Part shown: piece by piece, positions 54,445 through 64,000 of the stretch
How positions within the stretch are numbered: position 1 is the stretch's first letter
Layout: each line of letters starts with the position of its first letter
DNA from: Botryllus schlosseri
Lineage: Eukaryota
Direction: 5' to 3'
Length of the DNA: 64,000 nt
Assembly (NCBI GenBank): GCA_051294905.1
Contig: CM119372.1
Span: forward strand, 24,182,001 to 24,246,000
Position numbers and translations under genes: made by a program
Notes under the pieces: generated by a model
Database searches by the model: none
What the model was told of the DNA's origin: nothing
Seen by the model: the letters and a program-made list of their open reading frames with translations, nothing else

Positions 54445-57280
54445 TGAAATAACCGAATTATTAAAATGATTTTAGACTTCAGTAAATTGCGTTCGTCTTC
54501 GCGAAAGAACGTGCAGAAAGCATGTTTTACATAGAAAAACAGAAAGACATATTAGCATTAAAGGTGACATGGTTATGATATCAGCAGGCACTATCAGCAA
54601 ATCTATAACCAGATTTTCGTCTTGTTCTAAGAAACGGCACAACCCCCTTTCATCCCTAATTTTTACAAATTCGATATTGCGGATGACCAGCTTATAAAAC
54701 TCGTTGATAGTTTATGACGCGAGTACGTCATCTAGCAATACTTGATTTGTTCTAAATATATATATATGTGTTATTTCCATGTCTTCGGTCTTGGCTTATC
54801 ATCCTGAATTGACTATATCGCGCCCTGCGAATGGATTCATCTATACAATACGGTTCTCGAGTCAAAACAAGCTTCGATTATTGTCGCCGCAGGCGATTAA
54901 GTAGCAATCTAACCACATTTATCCTTGGCCTGCGAAATTATGCTGGTATAAGAATGAAGCCCTATAAATCAGTCGTTTGAGTTTACAAATAACAACGAAA
55001 ATCGGATTACATAATTGTGTGAGGAGCTCATTGTTGAATGTGAATTGGTCAGCATCCCGCTATACATACTGTACTGTATGGATAGCATCAATGGTATTTG
55101 AATATACTCGTTTACAAGTCTATATTGTTAATGACATATGGAAAGTGTTGGCTATCTATCGTCCAGATTTATAGATTCGATTTAGTGTTCATCTCTCGAT
55201 ACAAGAATGGAATCCGCGGATGCGACTTTCGAAACATCCATCGGGTCCCAATTTTGCAAGAGAGTCATAGTTATTCCCGCATCGACCAAGCGGTCTTATT
55301 TGATCGAAGCGACCAGTGAACGGAAGTTAAACTAATATGTATTTGTTGTTTGTACATGTACGTTAGGGCTGTTTCAAAAATAACTTTTTTCACGGATTCC
55401 AGCAATTCACTGTTTAAATGGTCAGGTTGCCCTAAAAATGCTTCACACCAAATTTGGTTCAATTTTAAGAAGTATAAGACCCCGCAGATCCTATTAAAAT
55501 GTTTAATTCATTAGGCAAAATTTGAAACAAATTAATTCAAATTTTTTGTCAACCCCATGAAATTGTTAAGCTGTTTTCAAAGACAATGCAAAACAAATTT
55601 GACTCAATTCCAACTAGTAGAAACGAAATTATTTGAGTTTTTCGTCGATAATTCTCGGATTGTCTACACGGCCAGATTGAATGTGTTAACCGTGATCGCA
55701 GTGTTGGATGGCAATCGCTCGCTGGCTCAGTTCCAAGCACAAGCAACAACAACAGAAAGGGTGAATTTGAGCAAACAAGTTCTCAATACGATGCACAAAG
55801 ATATCGTTGATGTACTTCTGTTTTCATGCTCGAATAAATGCATACATAGGCTACACAGAAGAAGATGTTTTGATCGCGTCAGTACTAGAAATGGTTAGAA
55901 TCTGCTATGAATGAGTCAATGAGTTGTATCGTGTTCGAGCCTTTGATAAAGATGCCATGATATTATAGCCTCAGGTATTTCATTTCTCTGTTAATAACAT
56001 AGCTTCATTGCTCAGTGTCGTCTACTATTATTGATGTGTGATTTGAAAGGATATCACAGGTGTTTCGTTGTTTAATTCAACAAAATCATATATGACAGAC
56101 TTATAATAAAACAACATCAGATCGAGTTTAGTATGTAATCAAATCAATTTTAGGTATATATACTCAATTAAATACGTTCGGAACAGGCTGGAACTATAGT
56201 AAAGTGGTATCTTTTGTGTTTCGATATGAGTGGTCCCTGGTTCAAATCACGGTAAATGTAACTTTTAGGAGGCGCGGCGTGGCAATAATGTGATGACGTA
56301 GCACGATTTGATTGGTGCCATATTTCAAGCACTATATACTACTGTCCTTCGTTCGTTTTACTACAGGATGCGTGATTATGGGGAAACAAAAGCGATGCAT
56401 ACAGTAACAATCGACAATGAGCACATATAGCGGTGGTTCTTAACCTTTTTAGGCCGTGACCCAAATCTGAGTTTAGTGGCATCTCGCGAGCCAAGCGTCA
56501 CACATCAAAAAAAAATCCATTTTAATATTAGTAAACTGCGTTTTTACGGGCATGACTTAGAACGCGCAGACGACAGCTGTACGCAACGCAGTTCTATGAA
56601 ACATTTCTGCCTCACGCTATTCCAAAATGCAGTGCATTTTGAACCCGGCAAAGAAGGACACTGTTTCAAAATCTTTAGACTTACAAACTGGAGCAAAATC
56701 CGGAAAGAAACGTATGTTTTTTCCGACTTTGTGGTTGGTTGACAAAAAAACACGAATTTCTTATATAGTGTCATTTATGTGTTTTTTTACTTGAATCTCT
56801 CCAGTATCTTAGCTTTAAGAGCTGTAGAGGTGGAAGAATTGCCAAAAAGGAGGACATTTTCAAAAACCCGAAGAAATAGGACAAATCATCCTAACGGATG
56901 TATAGTAGCCCTGCTATTTGTACTACTGATACTCGGATTTAAAGGGCGGAACTGTGCCAATAGCTTAGGTCATTTTCGCCACATATCTTGTTGGCACTGC
57001 ACTTTGCCCACCCGTATATGTTGTCCAAAACTGGATGTGTTCATGTGCTTCGGTGCGGAATGGGTTAGCCTCAAAATACGTAGGTTTCATAGTCCCGCAC
57101 CCGCTTGTTGCACACCCCTTCGCTAAAGCATCCCTACGGCCAGGGCATGGTATGGTATGGTATGGAACGCGAATTTTACATACTCCATACTTGCCTTACT
57201 CTCTCCATACCATACTTGCAATTTTCCATACCATACCAACATTGTTCCATACCATACTTTCCATACATTCCATACTTTCA

Positions 57281-58455
57281 ATCATCATCATCATTATTGG
57301 TTTATTAGCAATTTTATCAGTTCAATACACCACAAAAAAATGCGATACAATGAAAAGACAGGAAGGTGTCGAAGCGACAAGGAGCAGTCTATGGAATCTG
57401 ACACCCACCTTGGCCTAGGCGATGTAAAGAGGAGGCATGCACACTGAATGAAAGTAAAGAAGATAGTATAGAAAAAGAAAGCGACAATAAATAGGGCGGC
57501 ATGTCATGGGAAGCGAGATCGATAGGTCAGTCGTGGTCCGGTAATCTTGAGGATGGACTGTATTTATTTAGTAGTAATTGCTTGTATTTCGACTTGAATG
57601 TGGACATGCTCGTCGACTGTCGGAAGGCCGGCGGGATACTGTTCCACACATCAGGTCCGGCATATTTGATAGAGCGATGATCTTTTCGGTCGATCATATG
57701 ATATTTGGACGACGTGGACGCGCGTGTGTTGTACTTGTGCGCTTTTGATTTCGAGGTAAAGAAGTCATTGAAATATTCGGGGCAACGACCGCAGTGGAAC
57801 TGATACATAAACTTGGCGATTTCTAGTTTCCGCATATCTTCTATGTTTAGGACGCCGAATCTCTTCAGCAGCGACTTGTTGGATGGGCAGCCAGGCCCCT
57901 TTGGGGCCCTAGCTATGATTCGGAGTACTTTATGTTGTAGTTTTTGCAGTGGCTTGAGTGCAGTTTTACTGGCAGCCCCCCAACAGAGGATGCCATAGTG
58001 TAACTTCGATTGGATTAAGGATTTAAAGAGTATCAGAAGAACCCATGCTGGCATGAAGCGCCTAAGGCTGTAGAACAGGCCGCACTTCGGTGATAATTTA
58101 GTTTCTAGGGACTGAATATGACTCTTCCAGGACATGTTCGAGTCCAGTAAAACCCCGAGATATTTGGCATTATCTGTGTTGGAAACGGGCTGACCAGCGA
58201 TATTAACGGTTAGGTTATTTTTTGAATTTACTGTCAGCAATTGCGATTTCGAGGCGTTTATGCAGAGGTTGTTCTGGGCCGTCCACTCATGGACTTTGGG
58301 CATTTGGTCACCAGTCAGGGCATCCAGCTCTGCCGTCGAAGATGCTGAAGAGAGGAGGTGAGTATCATCAGCGAAAAGTGTGGTGTTCAATGAAGAGGTT
58401 TCAAAAATGTCGTTGACATTTAAGGTGAAAAGGACCGGTCCAAGTACTGAGTCCA
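57281..58455 (-). mobile_element. 5'-truncated CR1/L2-like LINE (open reverse transcriptase C-terminal frame of about 300 aa)
   Basis: SVLGPVLF..VNDI, LFADDT, INASKS and KYLGVLLDSNMSW motifs; stop at 57527; (GAT)n tail near 57281-57295. Confidence 0.92.
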
Positions 58456-58691
58456 AGTACTTCAATATCATAAGTATAGTACCTTTTATAGCACCTATAT
58501 TATTGATATTTCAGATGTCATTATTGCTTAAACTAGCGAATCTAATGCGAATCTAAGTACTGGTAATAGTTTTACAGAGTCTGTTTTGGTGAGGTTTAGT
58601 TCACGGTGGTGAGGTGCCGTGTACCTCTACTCTACAGCTTCCGCGAGCAAAATGAGATTGTGAGTAGATTGTTATCTAGTACTGTCCATAA

Positions 58692-59248
58692 AAGGGACTG
58701 GCAACCTACGACCGGCAGGCCGGATGCGGCCCGAAACAAGATTTTTTCCGGCCCGCTGACAATTTCCCGTCTTACATAATCACTTGCCTAAACGTCAAAT
58801 TTTAGTGACTGTATGTTATTATATAGGTGTGCGCACTGTGCTGCGTGCGATAGTGGAGGTTAGGCGTAAGTTCGTCGAAGCGAGAAGACTTGCATTATCG
58901 GCATTTACGATGTGCTGAACCATAATGAATTTATTCTTGGTAAATTTTTGGTACCGGGCTTATCAAACGCTTTGAAATCTTAATTAAGGATTGCACCGTG
59001 AGTTATTTGATCAGAAAGAAGCAGACACGGCGGTGCCTGTATGACAATGCTATTCTCAAATCAACCTTGTAGTCATTATCGGCGAGAAATGGCTTTGAAG
59101 TGACATTGCTGTCGATAAAATACATTGATTAAATACGATTTATTCCTTGTATACATGGGCGAATAATTTATCCATTCAGCATTCCGACCCGCCAAGTACC
59201 TAATTTTCCTATTTCCTGCCCGCCGACTGGAGAAGTTGCCAGCCCCTG
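58692..59248. mobile_element. MITE nested in 57141-59986
   Basis: AGGGACTGGCAAC / GTTGCCAGCCCCTG termini with GGCCGGATGCGGCCCG subterminal motif; TSD not clear. Confidence 0.65.
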
Positions 59249-61264
59249 CTCCATGCATATCATCTCATTTCCGGTACATTGGCATGAGGCACATACAAGT
59301 TTGAAGTAAACTCGCAAAATAATTTATAGTATAGGCGCACCCATAAAATATCCCAGCTGCAGGCAATCTGCAGCGATCTGCATGATTGTTAGTACAGTAT
59401 TTGGTCGGGGTTAGCGTGGCGAGAATTCCAAACTTACATCTACCCCACTCCCTGATCTATAATCCTAATGCGAGATCGAGCATTTAGTTCGTAGCGTCAT
59501 GATTGCTTGTAAGCTGTCGTCACTCAAGGAATGAGGTAGTTGGAGTAGCCTACATTACCAATTATTGCGTCACATGACAGACTCTACTCGGAGACGTCGT
59601 GTCTCTCTCAACTCGAGAGAATATCGGATCAACTTTACTGCTGTCATTATTACATCACAAAATCATGTCATTCCAAGTGCTCCTAAAACCATTGCACAAG
59701 CGTGTATTTGTTCCTACACAGCTTTCAATAGTTCACGTTCACACATAACAAAAGCGATCGACGATCGTATTCCGTGAACAACGAACAACGTACGCTTCAT
59801 GAAGCTTGCACAGATCACGATAAAATGTATAAAGCACCAATGTATGGAAGTATGGAAATGTCGTTCCATACCATAGATTAAAATCTTCCATTCCATACCA
59901 TACTTGCATTGTTCCATATTCCATACCAAAATATCGATCCATACCATACCATACTTCCATACCATACCATACCATACCATGCCCTGCCTACGGCCTCCGA
60001 CGGTGTTTTGCAGAGAAACCATTGTTGGATAAATCTTATCATGAATTCAAACCAATTTGTGTTATACAAAGGTCGACACACTTTCATGATCAGCCGATAT
60101 TGTAGTAAGGAATTTATCACATGAGATCACAAATTCGACAACAGGGGTTAATAGGTCAGGCATGCAGGACTAAGAGGCTATAATTAGTGAGTGAAATGTT
60201 GCGATTGTGATAGGATTCGATGAGAAACGAACGATGAAAATCATATCTTGATCAGCTGAGGAGAAAATGGTCTACGGTTTCGGGGATATTGCAATTATTA
60301 CAGATTGGGGTGTCTGAACATCTCATTTTAAATAAATGAGCATCAAGCCGTCAGTGACTGGAGCGCATACGGAGCATTATGACATCAAATTGCCGATATT
60401 CATGAATTGACGTGAATTTGTTGCTATGAAACCATGAAACGGTTTTTAACGAGCCCCTTTATCTTCACGTGCAAACAGTTCCTGACAGACAGTCCGCGAA
60501 TACTGGCGGATAAATGACTTCCCTTCTCCGATGGACAACTTAGGAATCTGACGATTTTGGACAGACGAGGTCCCAAATTTTTGCTTTTTGATGTCGTGGA
60601 CCCCTTTGGTGGAAATATGAGCCAAAATCCCTCCTAGGAAAAATCAGCCCGATGATTAAAAATTGTCATTTTATTCCGTGCAAACACCTCTTGACTGAAC
60701 AATAAGACGAGCGCTACAGACTGTTTGTTTCAAGCTGGGACGTAACAACACTTTGTCGTTCTTGCACCAATCGCTGTGAAAACCAGTGTGCATAAATTTA
60801 CTGACTTTTTAAATTTCATGTATGGATTTGGTCAATGATATTGGCACTTCCATTTATTGCTAGAGCTGATGGAAAGGGTGTCTTCGAAAATTTAGCACGC
60901 CCATGCCACACAGTCATGAATAAAAATGAAGTTTCGGGTGGGTCCATATTAATTTGTGGAAGCATGTTGTTTTTTCGTGACCTTTGGTAAAGATTGGCGC
61001 TAGTCGAATCGAAAGATTACCAATTTGTTTTCCTTGACTAGGTGATGTGTCTTCCTCTTCGGGTCGCATTTGTACCGCGGGGCTTAGATTTCATGGGCAG
61101 GACTATTTGTTGCCGTCATTTCGGAGCCGCACAGTCATATCTACATCGACGGTTTCGGTAAACATGTGTCGGTCGTTATGGATTCTAGATGTTAGCACCG
61201 TCGATCTTTCCGGGAGCATACTTCGCAGAGTCACAGGTCTCGCGAAGCGTTTATATGTCGCGAT

Positions 61265-61782
61265 TAGGGCTGGGCAAAATCGAGTACCTGGGTGATTCGA
61301 TTCTGAATCACGTTTTACGCTTCGAGTCGAGTCGAGTAATCGAGTATCACTCATTATGACATCACAACATAATGTATCATGCCAAAGTTCAAATATGTAC
61401 GTTTTATGCCACCACAAAGAATATAATGCCTGTTATCTGTCACGCTAAAGATAATGTGGTATTTTTTCAACCATATACCAATTTCATTGCACTTATTTGA
61501 CAATGTTTTGGAATGATCATGACTTTGGAAATGTGTTATTTCCAGTAACAATCGTAACTTTGTACAGTGTCTCTTATGCTGCAACACGGCACATCAAGGT
61601 CTCAAGGCTTCCTCAGTGAAACGTAGTATAAAAACTATAATATTCGTTAGTAAATTAACTTACAGTTGCGAGGAGCTTATAATTTCCGTACTCGAAAAAA
61701 TCGTCTTTTACTACTCGACTCGAATCATTAAAATTAATACTCGATTCAGATTCGAGTACTCGAATCATTGTGCCCAGCCCTA
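61265..61782. mobile_element. Young hAT-type MITE, copy 2 (inverted relative to 38177-38694)
   Basis: Same TIRs as copy 1; perfect TSD GTCGCGAT (61257-61264, 61783-61790). Confidence 0.95.
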
Positions 61783-64000
61783 GTCGCGATGGGTCCTAGC
61801 GCGGATATGCATGTGCATAATGGTCCCGCACTAGCATACTGCATAAATGTAGACTGATATATCTTTACGGCCTCAAACGATACTAAGAAAGTACTTTCCT
61901 TCCATAATTTCGAATACAGTTTGACTCAATTCTGTAAATCAAGCGTATTTATTTTTTCAATTTTAGTTTTCAAAGCACACTAAATCGCGCGAAGCGCGCA
62001 AAGAAATAGGCATGGTAAATGAACTTGCTGAAAAACAGTACATTTATTGCTCATTAAAAAAATGACAAATAATTGGAGGGATTGTCTCTTTCACCCTCTG
62101 GCTAATAAATATAGCACAAAAAATTATAGTTCGTCACTTTCCGTTTTGACAACATTGCACCAAGTTTAGCAAGTTTTTTTCTCGCTCGGATATCTGTTCA
62201 TTAAACTTTAAGGAAGTTCACTTGCGATTTCTCTGACTTTAATCGACGACGCTGTAATGTTTTGTCACTATCTGAAGACAGTTGACTTGAAAATAAGACG
62301 AATACTAACACTAGAGGCTTGGTTGTGATAGATTCGACACGAAGTTTGCCCACTTGAGGAAAATTGGATTGAGAGGCGGTCACTGGCCCAACAAAATTAT
62401 CTAGCGAACTACACTTTTATCACATCTGAACTAGTTTAAAAAATGAGGGGGAATTTGTATGTAAAGGAAAGATTTCTAATAGTATTTGAACATACTTCCA
62501 GCGAAAAAAAAAACAGTCAAAAGGAACTGAGCACTATTTAATGTGACTAAACTGTCAAATGGGCAACTGGGTGGCCTGAACTTGAGCACATGAGCCACGC
62601 AATCGCTACATAAGTAATATTGACCGACCTTATCATTGAGCATGACAAAATTTCTCACCGCGAAGACAGTCCACGAATTTCATAAAAATATTACCTCTAC
62701 TTGACAAACTGTAAATAGTGGAAAGTATGTAACTAAGCCCTAAAACATGGCCAAGTAGGAATAAGTAGCAAAAAAATAGATTTACTTGAGTAAATACAGC
62801 AAGTAGAAGAAAGCTATTTGAGTGCTTCGAAAAAGCAAAAGTATACTTCGTTACTGACCACCGCTGGAAATATGTAATCCATACGTTTCATGCACATGAC
62901 CAGATTAGGTAAACCTGTGGCCCTGCTCCTTCATTTTATCTTTTCATTTGATATATGGCTCTAATTTTATGCATTCCATCATGAATCTGGAAAACTTGAC
63001 TCTCTCAAACACGATCTCGCTAACCACCATATAACTGATTTGTGCAGACTGTCATTAAAGAAAATTTACATTTTTGTACACTTGCGATTTAGAATCCAAA
63101 ATTGCACTGCACTGTTACCGATCATATTTAATGGACACATTGCGTGCCTTACCATGATATCATTTGCCTCAAATATTTCGGTTTCCTTCTGCAAATATAC
63201 TATGAAAAAATCATCGTTCACGGAAAAGTGCTGGATATTCACAACATACAAATCACATAACGAAACCGATTGCTTCTTAGAATGATGTACAATTTTGTAA
63301 TGTAGCTAATCCCCAAATGTGGAAATAAACAACATGCTAGGGCATGTAAGCCTCGAGCATACCGCAAGCGTTATCACTACGCATCTGTAATATACGACGC
63401 AGCAATTCATGACATGGTGAATTAGCCAAGACGATTATCATGTAGCACAACTATACGACACACACACTGGCTAAAGTTGTTGAGATAAGATGTTTAAAGC
63501 ATATATTTTAAATCGCTCAAGTATGGAAATATTACCGTTCAACTCTTACTCAGGTACAATTATAGGCCCGATTATTTCAGATCTATAGTCTCCAAACATC
63601 CAATATAAGAACTATATGAAATCATGAACCCATTAATTTTCGAAAACACACAATTATTTTACATGCGAATGTACGGGGCCGTAACTGCCGCGCCCAAACG
63701 TCCCAATTGAGGAGGGGGCAGACTCAAAGGGTGTCCGAAAATTATTTCGCAAATCAAAACAAATTATAAATTATTTTGTGGGAGATTTCGAACAACTTCA
63801 AAGTTTTCTTTGCGCTTTGCGCGATTTAGTGTAATTGAATGTCTGCTTTTTAATATGGGTACCCGCAGCGCTCCAAGAAAAAAAATGGCATCCTTTGTAA
63901 AATAAAGAATATGCATTTCATCGTCGACCATTGCCAATTGTCCATTGTCCGTAGGCGCGGAATAGTCCTACACTTGATATCTGAAGTCACCACCTCCATC

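Larger units (their letters stand above)
46504..55170. repeat. Right arm of a large inverted duplication
   Basis: Reverse complement of the left arm, with an extra 46787-49057 block and a private insertion at 52836-54444. Confidence 0.95.
57141..59986. mobile_element. hAT-type element with (ATGGT)n subterminal repeats, hosting a LINE and a second MITE
   Basis: TIRs CAGGGCATGGTATGG / CCATACCATGCCCTG; perfect TSD CCTACGGC (57133-57140, 59987-59994). Confidence 0.93.

Noticed and set aside
56190..56255. tRNA-like A and B boxes
   Set aside because: Too degenerate; probably a SINE relic.
57147..57280. (ATGGT)n/(ATACC)n repeats, and AGTAGA-type repeats elsewhere, as CRISPR-like arrays or coding repeats
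   Set aside because: They are subterminal repeats of TSD-bounded transposons, with no unique spacers or cas genes.
350..63285. Most 60-130 aa ORFs in the supplied track
   Set aside because: They lie in repeats or antisense to real exons, often use non-ATG starts, and show no motif support.

Overview
AT-rich eukaryotic (animal, probably invertebrate) genomic DNA with GT-AG introns and many transposons; nothing suggests a prokaryotic system. It contains: (1) the last coding exon of a USP32-like deubiquitinase (+, 908-1078); (2) a complete 8-exon MINPP1-like histidine phosphatase gene (-, 13208-36964, about 454 aa) with altered catalytic motifs; (3) an inverted duplication of about 15.7 kb (39483-46030 vs 46504-55170) carrying two convergent MCL1/Bcl-2-family gene copies, each with a different nonsense codon, plus a decayed LRR gene that is largely deleted from the left arm; (4) many non-autonomous hAT-type elements with 8-bp TSDs (several nested), tRNA-derived SINEs and truncated LINE fragments. 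The most unusual object is the palindrome, whose two Bcl-2-family copies have complementary defects. All alignments were done by eye and protein-family calls come from remembered motifs, not database searches.
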